DNA from: Spirochaetia bacterium
GTDB taxonomy: Bacteria > Spirochaetota > Spirochaetia > SZUA-6 > Bin103
Assembly (NCBI GenBank): GCA_965208575.1
Contig: CBDBOV010000002.1
Coordinates: 480,001-544,000, forward strand
DNA length: 64,000 nucleotides
Direction of reading: 5' to 3'
Below are positions 46,451 to 57,121 of the stretch, piece after piece (position 1 is the first letter of the stretch; each line of letters starts with the position of its first letter). The position numbers were made by a program, and so were the translations under genes. Below the pieces are notes generated by a model that was given only the letters and a program-made list of their open reading frames with translations, did no database searches and was not told where the DNA came from.

Positions 46451-48097
46451 TCAAAAGACTACCGAAGTCGGCGGATTAGGGCCATACGTCGAGCCGTAGG
46501 TCAGGCGCCACTCGCGGTTCGCGGCCAGTTCGCCGAACTCCTCCTCGGTGCCGTCGGGCCACAGTACGCGGACCGATGCCGCCGGCGCCGCGCCGAGGCC
46601 GAAGTGCAGCGCGGTGTCGTTGCCGGCGCCGAGGCTGGAGCCGCTCTTCACCTCCTGCATGCGCGGGCGGCCGCCGCCGGGGGTCACGAACACGCGCGCG
46701 CCGATCGCATCCCGGTTGACCGGCGGGCGGCCTTCGAGGCGCACCGTGAGCCAGTGGTTGCCCGCCCCCGCCAGCCCGGCGTTGCGGTACAGCGTGTAGC
46801 CCACGTCGAAGTTTCCGACCACGAAGTCGACCAGGCCGTCGCGGTCGTAGTCGGCGTAGGCGACGCCCATGCTGGGCCGGGGCCGCTCGTGCCAGGACGG
46901 CGGCGTCGCGTCGACGTAGTTGCCGTAGCCGCGGTTGCGGTACAGCACGTTGGCGTGCGGAAACAGCAGCCCGACCGACCCGGTGGAGGCCTGGAAGCGC
47001 TCGCCGTAGCCGCTGGCGGCCAGGAACAGGTCCAGCCAGCCGTCGTTGTCGAAGTCGAAGAACGCCGTTCCCCAGCCGACGATGTTGCCGCCGCCGCCGC
47101 CCACGCCGGCCGCCTCGGTGGCATTGCGGAAACGGCCGCCCACGTTCTGCAGCAGCGACATCGGCTCGCCCATGTCGGAGAAATAGAAGTCCAGGTCCAG
47201 GTCGTTGTCGTAGTCGCCCACCGCCAGGCCCATGCCGTTGCGCACGGCGCCGGTGCGCGTCTCCGCGGAGGCGTCGCGCCAGCACCAGCCGCCGCAGCCC
47301 GGCCCGTCGTTGCGCCACAGCACGTTGCCGACCGGGTGCTCCACCATGTCGTTGACCACGTAGATGTCGGGGTCGCCGTCGTCGTCGAAGTCGGCGAAGC
47401 TGGCCGCGAAGGCGGCGCCGCGCAGCTTGTCGCCGAGCAGCCGGGAGACGTCCTCGAAGGTGCCGTCGCCGCGGTTGCGGTACAGCCGGTCGCTGGCCAG
47501 GGCGGCGGCGTGTTCGCGCGGGCAGTCCGGGTAGCAGCGCCAGTTGGCCACGAACAGGTCCAGGAAGCCGTCGCCGTCGTAGTCGCCCCAGGCCGCGGTG
47601 GCGCCCTTGCCGGCGTCACCCACGCCGGCGGCGGCGGTGACGTCGTGGAAGCCCGCACCGCCCTGATTGCGGAACAGGACGTTGGCGCCGTGGGTGAGCA
47701 CGTACAGGTCGCGCCAGCCGTCGTTGTCGTAGTCCGCCCACACGGCGCCGCCGGTCCAGGCGTCGTCCAGGGCCACGCCGGCGGCCTGCCGGGGGATGCT
47801 GAAGGTGCCGTCGCCGTCGTTGCGGTACAGGGCGCTCGGGCTTTGGCCACCGGCCAGGAACAGGTCCACCCAGCCGTCGTTGTCCCAGTCGCCCCACGCC
47901 TGCCCGATGCCGAGGTAGCCACTGGTAAAGGAGTCGTGGACGAACTCGGCCCACGCGCCTCGGTGCGGCGCGTCGACGCCGGCGGCCTCGTTCGCAACCA
48001 CGAACAGTTCCGCGCCCGCCGGTACCTGAGCCACCGCCGGCAGACCTGCCCACAACGAGGCCACCGCGACCACCGTCACACGTGCGCATAGCTTCAT
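46451..48097 (-). CDS. CRTAC1-family protein (FG-GAP repeats plus ASPIC/UnbV)
   Basis: Repeated D.DNDG..DL, NRDAIGARV, LHFGLG, VLWPDG; signal peptide. Confidence 0.92.
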   Translation of the reverse strand: MKLCARVTVVAVASLWAGLPAVAQVPAGAELFVVANEAAGVDAPHRGAWAEFVHDSFTSGYLGIGQAWGDWDNDGWVDLFLAGGQSPSALYRNDGDGTFSIPRQAAGVALDDAWTGGAVWADYDNDGWRDLYVLTHGANVLFRNQGGAGFHDVTAAAGVGDAGKGATAAWGDYDGDGFLDLFVANWRCYPDCPREHAAALASDRLYRNRGDGTFEDVSRLLGDKLRGAAFAASFADFDDDGDPDIYVVNDMVEHPVGNVLWRNDGPGCGGWCWRDASAETRTGAVRNGMGLAVGDYDNDLDLDFYFSDMGEPMSLLQNVGGRFRNATEAAGVGGGGGNIVGWGTAFFDFDNDGWLDLFLAASGYGERFQASTGSVGLLFPHANVLYRNRGYGNYVDATPPSWHERPRPSMGVAYADYDRDGLVDFVVGNFDVGYTLYRNAGLAGAGNHWLTVRLEGRPPVNRDAIGARVFVTPGGGRPRMQEVKSGSSLGAGNDTALHFGLGAAPAASVRVLWPDGTEEEFGELAANREWRLTYGSTYGPNPPTSVVF

Positions 48098-48218
48098 CGC
48101 CGTCGGCATCACGCCCATACTAACCGCAACGGAGCACGGCGAGACCCAATCAAGGAGCCCGCGTTGCTGGGTTTCATTGCTATAGCACTCAACCGTACTA
48201 TAGCGGAGGTGGTGTGCG

Positions 48219-48535
48219 ATGACTGAGCAGTACAAGAGCGAGCCCCTTGCTGTGGCTCATGAAACGGCGCTGGGTCTGGCGGAGGCCGGTGTGATGGCTA
48301 GGCGAACAATGAAGGTGTTCGACGAGATGTGCTTGACGCCGGTCGAGGATATTGGACCGGAGAGAATCCGCGACTCCGATTGCGAGAGAACGCGAGTCAG
48401 GCGGTGTTTGCCCGCTACCTCAATGTCTCGACAGGATTGGTGAGTCAATGGGAGCGCGGCGAGAAGCGACCGCGCGGCGCTTCGCCGAAACTCCTGACGC
48501 TGGTCGCCAAGAACGGTCTCGGATCGGTCGCTTAA
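48219..48535 (+). pseudogene. XRE/HigA-like HTH antitoxin, frameshifted near 48370, no toxin partner
   Basis: HETA.GL..AG...TMK.FDE.CLTPV in one frame; SQAVFARYLNVSTGLVSQWERGEKRP in another. Confidence 0.85.
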
Positions 48536-48669
48536 TTGGGGCTACCGTAACCGGAAATCGTTGCGGCCGGAGCGGACGACGTAGCCGTCGCACTCATAGC
48601 GTGCGACCTCATCCTGCGACAACATTGCCGCCTACCCCTACCACGCGCGGGCGAGTTGAGTCCAGACCT

Positions 48670-50280
48670 CTACCCGACCAGCGCCGCGATCGCATCGCGC
48701 ATCCAGCGGGTCGACGCAAGATCGACTGGCCGCAGATTGAATCTCGCGAGGTATGCTGTCGGACGGTTCTTCTTCATATCCAGGAAGGAATAGTAGGTCT
48801 CGAAATCACTCGACGCCGTGGCTTGCTCGACCTCCTGGATCGCTTGCCTTTTCAGTTCGTTCGAGAGCCCCTGAATGATCTCGTAGCTGCCCCGGCTGCC
48901 GCGCAGGTTCACTAGCAGACGGTCGCGGACGGTTGCCATCTGGTTCCGCAGCGCCGCACGATAGGTCGAATCGTCGTATCCCGACAGATTCAGCTCGGTG
49001 ATGTTCGCGGGATGAAAAAGATAGCTCTGCAGCGCATAATATCGAAGTACATGTAGATTCGGCTGACGCCGTCCGATTTCCTCAATCTCGCCGGTGCCGA
49101 GGAAATCACGATCAATCAGTCCTTCAAATTCTGGTGAACCGCGCGATTGGATAGCGACCGAATTCTTGTCGCGTGCGCCTATGAACAAGAGCTCAGGAAG
49201 TCCAATGGCGTTATACAGCCGCTCGTCCGTGTTTTCGCAGATGACGAGACGCCTATTTGGAAACACTCTGAGAGCCGAACTCCGGGGCACCGCGATGTCA
49301 AAAATGTGCTCCGACTTCGGCGCCGGCTGCAGAGTCTGAGGTTGATCGAAGTCGAGGTCGTCAAAGTCGAGAATTGCAGCTTCGTCGCTGCTGTTGGCGT
49401 AGTCGATGAAGCCGAGCGAGTGGCTGGCCGTCCACAGTTGGGAGTTCTCGGGGATCCAGTGTTCTACTATCTCCTTGACGAGAGCGTACTGCAGTCTGGT
49501 ATGCAGATGAACGTCCAACTCGTCGATGAAGTAAATCGCGTTGGGAAAGTGCTCGCGGCGGGTGAACAGATTCAAGAGGATATTGAACACTTCCTTCTCG
49601 CCACTGCTGAGCAGATCGTAGTGGACCTCTGACCCGCCTTTCTGGAACCGGATGTCGGGCGGCTTCCCGGACAGCGCCGGGATCAGCGTGTGGAGTCGCA
49701 GACCGGTTGCGAAGCTGGCGCTGAAAATGCGTTCTAGAGCTTCGTTGATGGGATCGGTGAAGCGCGCGCGCATGGTGTCGGAGTCGAACGGCTCGCCCCA
49801 CACTTCGCGGAGAATGTTTTCAGTGATCTGAGACACGTCGGTGGTGAAGCGTGTATCCTGTTCGATGAATCGCTGCGGACGATCGGCATCTATGGTCAAG
49901 TCTACGGGGGCGCCCGTTTGCCCGCTGAGTTCGGGCACGGTACGAAACGAGCTGCGCCCATAGAATGCCGATCTTCCGTCCCAGCCCTTCGACGCGGTCA
50001 CTTGCTCGTTGTTGGTTCGCGTGACGGTAACCCCACCGCCGAGCGTGCAGTCAACTGACATGTCCGCATCCGATCGCTTCTTGAAGTAGTCAACGTAATA
50101 GTCGCGCAACCCCTTGGCCGGCCCGGACAGGTATTCGAACGCATCGAAGATGGATGACTTCCCGCTCCCGTTGGCACCGATGAGCAATATCAGCTTCGGC
50201 GGTGTGCCAAGCGGCGAGAGATCTATCGTCAGGTCGCTGAAGCGCTTGAAGTTGTTGAGATGAAGAGCCTCGATATTCAT
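48670..50280 (-). CDS. ABC/SMC-type ATPase (AAA_15/21-like) fused to a TOPRIM/DUF4435-like domain
   Basis: NNFKRF, GANGSGKS, LSSGE, IDELDVHLH, ASHS; then ICEN..., IDRD, SYLFHP. Confidence 0.82.
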   Translation of the reverse strand: MNIEALHLNNFKRFSDLTIDLSPLGTPPKLILLIGANGSGKSSIFDAFEYLSGPAKGLRDYYVDYFKKRSDADMSVDCTLGGGVTVTRTNNEQVTASKGWDGRSAFYGRSSFRTVPELSGQTGAPVDLTIDADRPQRFIEQDTRFTTDVSQITENILREVWGEPFDSDTMRARFTDPINEALERIFSASFATGLRLHTLIPALSGKPPDIRFQKGGSEVHYDLLSSGEKEVFNILLNLFTRREHFPNAIYFIDELDVHLHTRLQYALVKEIVEHWIPENSQLWTASHSLGFIDYANSSDEAAILDFDDLDFDQPQTLQPAPKSEHIFDIAVPRSSALRVFPNRRLVICENTDERLYNAIGLPELLFIGARDKNSVAIQSRGSPEFEGLIDRDFLGTGEIEEIGRRQPNLHVLRYYALQSYLFHPANITELNLSGYDDSTYRAALRNQMATVRDRLLVNLRGSRGSYEIIQGLSNELKRQAIQEVEQATASSDFETYYSFLDMKKNRPTAYLARFNLRPVDLASTRWMRDAIAALVG

Positions 50281-50366
50281 GGTCTGGCCCGGTTACGCGC
50301 GACTTCGTCGAAGTCCGGCACATAGGGTACCACACCGGGAGGCGCAAGTCATCGTGGTGACCAGTG

Positions 50367-52273
50367 GAGCCAATTGCGCTGTAGCGGTTTTTTGGGCCGT
50401 TGAGCAGCCGGTCACACCAGAGAGCACGCGCCCGGGACGTTGACGGCGTCGCTGACGCTCGCCCGGCGCCGAATGACGGCTCTATCGAGTGTGCTGAGTG
50501 GGGTCCGCGAGGTGGGATCAAGCCTCATCCGTGGCTCAATGCACAGATCGGGACAGACCGGTCTCGCTGAGGAGCCGGTGGGATTGGGTTTCTTGGTGAC
50601 CGGCGAGTGGCCGTCGGTCAGGCGGGTTTGACCAGACTCCGCAGGTTCTCTGGTTGGCCGGCGCGGATGCGCCCCACGGCCATCGCCAGCATGATCGTCA
50701 GCGCCATGGTGACGCGCAGCTGCATCTTCGCCAGCCCGCGGATGCCCGGTCGCTCGAACCCGAAGCCGCCGGCCAACCGGCTGTTGACCCGCTCCACGGC
50801 ACCGCGCTGGTCGTAGAAGTCCTGCCACCGGTAGCTGGACCGCGCCACCGGCGTGAACACGCGCCGATCCTCGGCCAGCGGGATGCGCACCGCGTCGCTC
50901 ACCGGGCACCGATCCATGCCCTTGCAGGTGACCCCCGAGTAGCGCGCCGGACAGCGATACTTGAGCGACTCGCGAGCCTGCTCGAAGCCGCCGTAGGCCA
51001 TGCGGTGCAGTTCACCGGTCCGCGGGCACATGCAGGATACCTGGCCGTCGTGGGTATAGATCACGTTCTCCTGACCGCTCACCCGCTTGGTGAGGACGCC
51101 ATCCTGCTCCGCCTCTCCGTCCTTCCAGCAGTTTCGAATGTCGATGACCGGCTTGATCTGATGCTGTTGCCACAGCCGATTGATCAGCTTTTGGTCGTCG
51201 TAGCCCTTGTCGGCGCTCAGGCGATCGCACCGTTGCAGCAGCTCGGGATGACGATCCTGCATCTGATCAAGCAGTCGCTGTGCCTGCGGCTGCTCACCGG
51301 TCGACGCCTTGGTGACCTCGAACGCCAGCGGCACCTCGTAGGTGGCGTCCACGACCAAGTGCAACAGGTAGCCGAACCAGTAGTGTTTCTTCTTGCCTTT
51401 CTTCTCGCCCTTCTCGCCCTTCTTCTCGCCGGAACCCTTGACGCCCCAATCGGCATCGCGGTCGCGGCGCCCGTCGGTGTCTTCCTTGTTATCCTTCGGC
51501 ACCGGATAGCTGCTCGGACCGTTGGCCAGGGAGTGCAGCTCCTTGCCGTCCAGCGCCTGTACCTGGCCCAGGTCCGGCAGCTCAATCCGGAGTTCGTCGA
51601 GGGTGCTGTGGAACAGCTCATCGATCTGCCCCTGATGCTTGCGCAGCCGGCGCTGGAAGCGGGTATAGGCGTATTCGCTGGGCACCGCCCGTGCGCCGTC
51701 GAACGGGTCGAACCCGCACAGGTCTCGCAACTGCGCGTTGCGCAGCAACTCGCGCCGCAAGGCGGCGATGCTGGGATGCTGGAACACGAAGCCGGCGATC
51801 AGCGAGTTCCACATCGGGCGCACCGGATAATCGTTGCGACCGCGACCGCGACCGGCTTCCAGCAGTTGCATCAGCGGCTCGTCGGGGAGCGCGTCGAGCA
51901 CCAGCGTCAGGCGTTCGAGATCACCCAACTGGTCGACGCTGTCCCAGCGGAACAGAAACGGATGTGGTATAGTGGCCATCGGCGGTTCTCCTGTTGTGAA
52001 TTACTGTTCACTTGCCACTATGGCGAGTTACAGGAGAACCGTCAATTATTTTGTAGACAAACAGTTGCGATGTATCATCGGGGCCTTGACCGGCGCTCCC
52101 GACGCGCGTACAGGGGATCAGCAGGTCGTGGGGTAAGAAATACCTCCCCCTGGTTTCTGATCGCCTGCATCGGGCTTGCAGCAAGCGCAATTGCCTCGGT
52201 CACGGGGTAAAGAAAAAATCGCCCACTTCTATCTCGCTGCCCGCTTGGAACTTACCGACAGCGCAATTGGCTC
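50367..52273 (-). mobile_element. IS element (IS1182/IS5/IS4-like DDE), 1907 bp
   Basis: Perfect 16-bp TIR GAGCCAATTGCGCTGT (50367-50382 / 52258-52273); TSD CAGTG at 50362-50366 and 52274-52278. Confidence 0.92.
50618..51979 (-). CDS. DDE transposase with DUF772-like N-terminus
   Basis: GRNDYP, ALDG, FGYLLHLVVD, ADKGYD, Y..R.AVERVNSRL. Confidence 0.93.
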   Translation of the reverse strand: MATIPHPFLFRWDSVDQLGDLERLTLVLDALPDEPLMQLLEAGRGRGRNDYPVRPMWNSLIAGFVFQHPSIAALRRELLRNAQLRDLCGFDPFDGARAVPSEYAYTRFQRRLRKHQGQIDELFHSTLDELRIELPDLGQVQALDGKELHSLANGPSSYPVPKDNKEDTDGRRDRDADWGVKGSGEKKGEKGEKKGKKKHYWFGYLLHLVVDATYEVPLAFEVTKASTGEQPQAQRLLDQMQDRHPELLQRCDRLSADKGYDDQKLINRLWQQHQIKPVIDIRNCWKDGEAEQDGVLTKRVSGQENVIYTHDGQVSCMCPRTGELHRMAYGGFEQARESLKYRCPARYSGVTCKGMDRCPVSDAVRIPLAEDRRVFTPVARSSYRWQDFYDQRGAVERVNSRLAGGFGFERPGIRGLAKMQLRVTMALTIMLAMAVGRIRAGQPENLRSLVKPA

Positions 52274-52318
52274 CAGTGGGGCTCAAGCCGCTGCGATAAC
52301 CGTTGAGCTCGGTACCGG

Positions 52319-53056
52319 CTAGCGAAGCCGGAAGTCGTTGCGGCCGGAGAGGTCGGTGCCGCGCACCAGGAACACGGTGCGCTGTGCGTCGACGGCGTTG
52401 TTGCGGAGGTCGTGGTGGTACACCGAGGAGGTCGGCATGAAGCGCAGGGTCATGCCGCGGCGCGGGCGGCCGGAGGTGTTGGGTTCGGAGCCGTGCATCA
52501 GGTAGACGTCGTGCAGGGAGACCTGGCCCGGTTCGAGTTCGACGTCGACCGCCTTCGATTTGTCGACGTGCTCGGCGTCCAGCTCCAGGGGGAGGGCGTT
52601 GCCTTCGGCGTCGTTGTGGTGGTGGCTGGCGAGGGTCCGGCCGCGGTGCGTGCCCGGCAGGAAGCGCAGGCAGCCGTTCTCGCGCGTCGAGGCGTCCAGC
52701 GCGATCCAGACGGTGCAGGTGGCCAGCGGGCGGATGGGCCAGTATTCGCCGTCCTGGTGCCACGGCGTGCGCGTGCCCACCCTGGCGGGCTTGGCGAACA
52801 GGCTGGAGTTCCACAGCGCGATGTCGGGCCCGATGAGCTGCGCCACCATGTCCAGGATGCCGGGGTCGCGGGCGTAGTTCAGGAAGCACAGGTCATGCAC
52901 CAACAGGGAGCTGCAGTAGTCCGCGAACTCCGGGTGCCGGGCAATCAGCCGGCCGTGGTCGGCCCTGATCGCCTCGATCGTTTCGAGCGGGAGACGGAAG
53001 TCGGGGACGACGTAACCGTCTCGCGCGTAGCGTTCGATTTCAACCGGCGACAACAT
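52319..53056 (-). CDS. PhyH-family Fe(II)/2OG dioxygenase
   Basis: WHQDGEYW, NGCL.FLPGTH, HGSEPN...RR. Confidence 0.94.
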   Translation of the reverse strand: MLSPVEIERYARDGYVVPDFRLPLETIEAIRADHGRLIARHPEFADYCSSLLVHDLCFLNYARDPGILDMVAQLIGPDIALWNSSLFAKPARVGTRTPWHQDGEYWPIRPLATCTVWIALDASTRENGCLRFLPGTHRGRTLASHHHNDAEGNALPLELDAEHVDKSKAVDVELEPGQVSLHDVYLMHGSEPNTSGRPRRGMTLRFMPTSSVYHHDLRNNAVDAQRTVFLVRGTDLSGRNDFRLR

Positions 53057-53161
53057 GCACCCAAATGCTCAACGTAAATCGGGCCCGCGTCAAGGGTCAT
53101 GGCAGCCCGCCCGCGAACAACCCAAACCTGTGGCGCAGGCGCGTGGCCCCAGGCGGCTGTA

Positions 53162-54091
53162 TTAAACCGACCCGGCGGCTCCGGCACCGAGACTGCCACC
53201 ACCCCGCAGCCTCGGGTCGAGCAGGTCCCTCATGGCGTCGCCGAACATGTTCAGACTGTACACGGTAATCGTCAGGCAAAAACCAGGCCAGAGAGCCAGC
53301 CGTGGCGCCATCTCCATGTACAGACGCCCCTCCCTGCTGAGCATACCCCCCCAGCTCGGAACCTGGCTCGGCAGACCGAATCCCAGGAAGCTCAAGGAAG
53401 CCTCGGACATGATCACCGCACCGATGTTGATGCTGAATATGATGATTACGGGAGGCGCAATATTCGGCAGGACATGGCGAATGAGTATTCTCCATCTGGT
53501 ATTGCCAATCGCCTCCGCCATCTGAAAATAGGCGTTCTCTTTCACACCAATAACGGCGCTTCTCATTATTCTCGAGCCGCCGATTCCTCCAGATATCCCC
53601 AGCACCAGTATTATCTGCAACAGCCCGCGGCCCGCTATCGACATTATGGTCAATAACAACAGAAGTCCTGGGAAGGCCATCCAGGCATCGACGACTCTCT
53701 GCGCGACCAGGTCGACTTTGCCGCCGAGGTACCCCGATGTGCCGCCTATCATGACGGCCACCACAACATTGAGCGCGGTCGCCGCCAGACCGACAGCCAA
53801 CGAAAGACGAGCCCCGTGAATAAGTCGGCTCAACAAGTCTCGCCCCAACTGGTCGGTACCCAGCAGATACTGGGCTGATGTGCCCTGCAACCTGTCTAAC
53901 TGATGCACCTCCCAATATGGATAAGGGGCCAGAACATCGGCAAAGATAGCGACCACGATCAATATCAGTACGATGAGCCCGCTGACGATGCCCAGCGGCT
54001 TCTCCCGCCACAGCCTGACAAAGAAATCAGCCGGTCCGGCATGTCTCTCTGGTTGGCTTACTGCCGATGGCATCCCTTTGCCGTCACTCAT
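53162..54091 (-). CDS. ABC permease (DppC-like)
   Basis: LGTDQLGRD, EASLSFLGFG, RDLLDPR. Confidence 0.95.
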   Translation of the reverse strand: MSDGKGMPSAVSQPERHAGPADFFVRLWREKPLGIVSGLIVLILIVVAIFADVLAPYPYWEVHQLDRLQGTSAQYLLGTDQLGRDLLSRLIHGARLSLAVGLAATALNVVVAVMIGGTSGYLGGKVDLVAQRVVDAWMAFPGLLLLLTIMSIAGRGLLQIILVLGISGGIGGSRIMRSAVIGVKENAYFQMAEAIGNTRWRILIRHVLPNIAPPVIIIFSINIGAVIMSEASLSFLGFGLPSQVPSWGGMLSREGRLYMEMAPRLALWPGFCLTITVYSLNMFGDAMRDLLDPRLRGGGSLGAGAAGSV

Positions 54092-54106
54092 GCTGGTACT
54101 TCCTGT

Positions 54107-55117
54107 TTATTCATAGCGGACCCTCGGGTCCAAATAGGGATAGATCAGGTCTATCATGAGATTGATTGCCACAACCGCGGCGGCGAAAAACAGGTTTACT
54201 CCGGAGACCACTGGGTAGTCTCTCTCAATGAGCGCCACCACCATGAGACTACCCAGACCCGGCAGGTTGAATATGTTCTCCATGATAACCGAGCCACCTA
54301 CCAGGATAGGAAACTGCATACCCACCAGGGTAAGTACCGGCATGAATGCGTTCTTGAGGGCGTGTCTCATGATGACGACCCTCTCCTTCAAGCCCTTGGA
54401 CCAGGCCGTCCTGATATAGTCTTGCCTGAGCACCTCCAGCACCATCGTACGCGTCATCCGCATGGTGGCAGCGGACATGGCCGTCCCCAGAATCAGACTG
54501 GGAATGATGAACACCCCAATATTCCCCAGCGGGTCTTCGGTCAAAGGTATCCACTGCATCGGCGGCGACCAACCCCACCAGATCGCCGGGAAGATCATGA
54601 CCATGATTCCCAACCAGAAGTTCGGCGTCGCCAGGCCGATGATGGCGACCGAGCGCCCCACGTAGTCGGCGGCCGTATCCTGGCGAATCGCCGAGTAGAT
54701 GCCGACTGGCAGCGCTATTATCAACCCGATTACGATTGCCACGACACCGAGTTCGATGGTCACCGGCAATCTACTTCGTATCTCCTCCTCTACCCGCACA
54801 GCGCCGCGTATCAGTGATTCGCCAAGGCTGCCCTGGAGCAGGCCTCTATAGAAGGTTTCACCGGTAATCCAGCCAGGGGTCGGCAGCACTCCCAGCCAGC
54901 GTCCATACTGCACGTGCACAGGCACGTCCAACCCCAGATAACGCTCGAGAGCTTCGCGGTCAATATGGCCAGTTTGCCCGTCAAATTGTTGCATCCTGAT
55001 CACCATCAGGTCTATGACGTCGCCGGGGATGAACCGGACCGAGAGAAAGACCAGGATGCTCAATATGAACAGGGTCGGGATTGTGAGCAGTAACCGCCTG
55101 ATGATGTAGGCTCTCAT
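54107..55117 (-). CDS. ABC permease (DppB-like)
   Basis: QDYIRTAWSKGL, YPYLDPR. Confidence 0.95.
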   Translation of the reverse strand: MRAYIIRRLLLTIPTLFILSILVFLSVRFIPGDVIDLMVIRMQQFDGQTGHIDREALERYLGLDVPVHVQYGRWLGVLPTPGWITGETFYRGLLQGSLGESLIRGAVRVEEEIRSRLPVTIELGVVAIVIGLIIALPVGIYSAIRQDTAADYVGRSVAIIGLATPNFWLGIMVMIFPAIWWGWSPPMQWIPLTEDPLGNIGVFIIPSLILGTAMSAATMRMTRTMVLEVLRQDYIRTAWSKGLKERVVIMRHALKNAFMPVLTLVGMQFPILVGGSVIMENIFNLPGLGSLMVVALIERDYPVVSGVNLFFAAAVVAINLMIDLIYPYLDPRVRYE

Positions 55118-55242
55118 GTGATGCAACCGAGGTGACTTATCCCGCGAAGGAGCTGCTGAGAATCCAGCTTATGGTCGCGCACTGCCGACGGTGGTTGATG
55201 GGGACGCTGTTCGCTTCAACCGCGCACCTCGCGGTCCCCATG

Positions 55243-55276
55243 AGGGAGCTGGGGGGATTTCAGCCCCCAGCTCCCT
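55243..55276 (-). terminator. Intergenic stem-loop after the SBP gene
   Basis: AGGGAGCTGGGGG / CCCCCAGCTCCCT 13-bp stem; no clear U-tract, so it may be an mRNA stabiliser. Confidence 0.65.
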
Positions 55277-55309
55277 TCTGCGCTAAGTCAGCCACACGGG
55301 GTGAACCCC

Positions 55310-57121
55310 CTAACGACCCATTTCCTCCTTCAGCGCACTATCAATCCAGAGGCGGGCGAAGACATCATTATTTCGACTTCTCCCGAAACCGCCTTCGCCG
55401 TTGTAGCCTATCAGCCACGGCTGGTGCACGTTGAACGCTGGGCCCATGGCCCCCCAGATCATCCAATGCTGCTCTATGCCGTACATGTCCATCTTCTTGA
55501 TCAAGCTCATCTGCTCCTCCTCAGTGGCAGCAGCCAGCATCTCTTCATACCAGGCGTCATATTGCGCGTCGCTGACCTTGTTCCAGACAAAGCCGCTCGA
55601 AAATGTTTCCATTTGCCTGGCTGGAAAAGCCTTGACGCCCGAGACCCACGAATGAGCTCCAACATTGGGATCTTGCGCACTGGGACCATAGTCAGCCCCA
55701 GGGGTGTGATCAATGTCGACATGAATGCCAATCTCACGCCAGTATGAAACCATTAATTCAGCATAGTTGATGTCAAAATCACCGCGATCCAGCCACACAA
55801 GATTAGTTTCGAATCTCATGCCGTCGGCGCCGCGCGGATAGCCAGCCTCATCAAGGAGCTTCTCGGCCCCCGCCACGTCATAGGTATAGTATCCCTTGAG
55901 CTGTTCGGGCCACTCGTCAAATGGGACGTAGAAGCCGGTGAATTCCAGGCCTACTCGCCCGCGAGGTATCGGATCTCCGAAATCCTTGTACAAGGTCGTG
56001 CTCATTGTCTCGACGTCCAGTGCCATCTGCATTGCGTGGCGCACCCTGATGTCGTCAAAGGGCGGCTTGCTCGCGTTGAGCCAAGCACTATTGTTCGACC
56101 GTTCTGACCACGCGTGGATTACGAGCTCCGGGTTGGTGCGCTCGAGGCTCTCTGCCTGGTCCAGGGAGCTTAATTGATTCGCGCCCTGCCAACCTAGCCA
56201 GTGGATCTTGGCCGTGCGCAGTGCCGCTAGCTCGGTTGCCAATTCGGTCATGACCAGGCCCCTCACCTCGTCAATATAGGGCAAGCGGTTCCCCGGGTAT
56301 TTTTCGTCGTCGCTCCAGTAGTTGGGATTCTTGGTGTAGGTAAAAGAACTGCCCCCGACCCAGTCGGTTCTCATGTAGGGCCCGGTGCCAACCATGTCCC
56401 TCCAGTCCGAAATCTTGCCCTCTGGCACTTCAGCACTCTTTGATGCCTCGATGACTTCGGGGGGCTGTATCGCATAGTACCCGTCCAAGATGGTGCCCAG
56501 GCCAAGCAGGGTGGGCGCCTTCAGCTTCATGACAACCGTCCATTCGTCGGTGGCCTCTATCGATTCCCAGGGCAACGTTCCGAGCAACTGTGCGCAGCAG
56601 GGGGAAGGTTCGGTGAAGCCGCTGCCCAGACCCAAGTGGCGGTGAAAGTTATACTCGATGTCCTTGGCGGTGAGCTCGCGACCGTTCATCGGCGGCTTGT
56701 CATGCCAATGGACACCCTGGCGGATGTGGAAGACATACGTTGTGGAGTCGGGTTGTTCCCAGCTTTCAGCCAGCGCCCCCCTCGCGGCGAATGCGGGCAG
56801 CTGGTAGCCGCCGACGAAAGGATATTTTTTCCTGTCTATTGCCCAGTCAGCGACGCCCAGTTTCTCTATGACGAGACTGTTGTTGCTCAATGCGTGGCCA
56901 TGATACTGGTCATAGGAGCCGAAGCCATCTCCCCGATCGGCGAAGGTCAATGTCCCGCCATACTCTGGCGCGATCACCTGCTTGCCGGTGACGGGGTCGG
57001 TCACGTACTCCTTGTCGGCGGCGGTCGCGCCTTCCTCTGCGCCGGTGGCCCAGAGGCCGGTTGCGATCAGGACCAGGACCAACGCAACCGAGAGGGTCCT
57101 GGTAATCTGTACAATATTCAT
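55310..57121 (-). CDS. ABC transporter substrate-binding protein, family 5
   Basis: Signal peptide, PEYGGTL, LAESWE, IRQGVHWH, PFDDIRVR.A. Confidence 0.94.
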   Translation of the reverse strand: MNIVQITRTLSVALVLVLIATGLWATGAEEGATAADKEYVTDPVTGKQVIAPEYGGTLTFADRGDGFGSYDQYHGHALSNNSLVIEKLGVADWAIDRKKYPFVGGYQLPAFAARGALAESWEQPDSTTYVFHIRQGVHWHDKPPMNGRELTAKDIEYNFHRHLGLGSGFTEPSPCCAQLLGTLPWESIEATDEWTVVMKLKAPTLLGLGTILDGYYAIQPPEVIEASKSAEVPEGKISDWRDMVGTGPYMRTDWVGGSSFTYTKNPNYWSDDEKYPGNRLPYIDEVRGLVMTELATELAALRTAKIHWLGWQGANQLSSLDQAESLERTNPELVIHAWSERSNNSAWLNASKPPFDDIRVRHAMQMALDVETMSTTLYKDFGDPIPRGRVGLEFTGFYVPFDEWPEQLKGYYTYDVAGAEKLLDEAGYPRGADGMRFETNLVWLDRGDFDINYAELMVSYWREIGIHVDIDHTPGADYGPSAQDPNVGAHSWVSGVKAFPARQMETFSSGFVWNKVSDAQYDAWYEEMLAAATEEEQMSLIKKMDMYGIEQHWMIWGAMGPAFNVHQPWLIGYNGEGGFGRSRNNDVFARLWIDSALKEEMGR

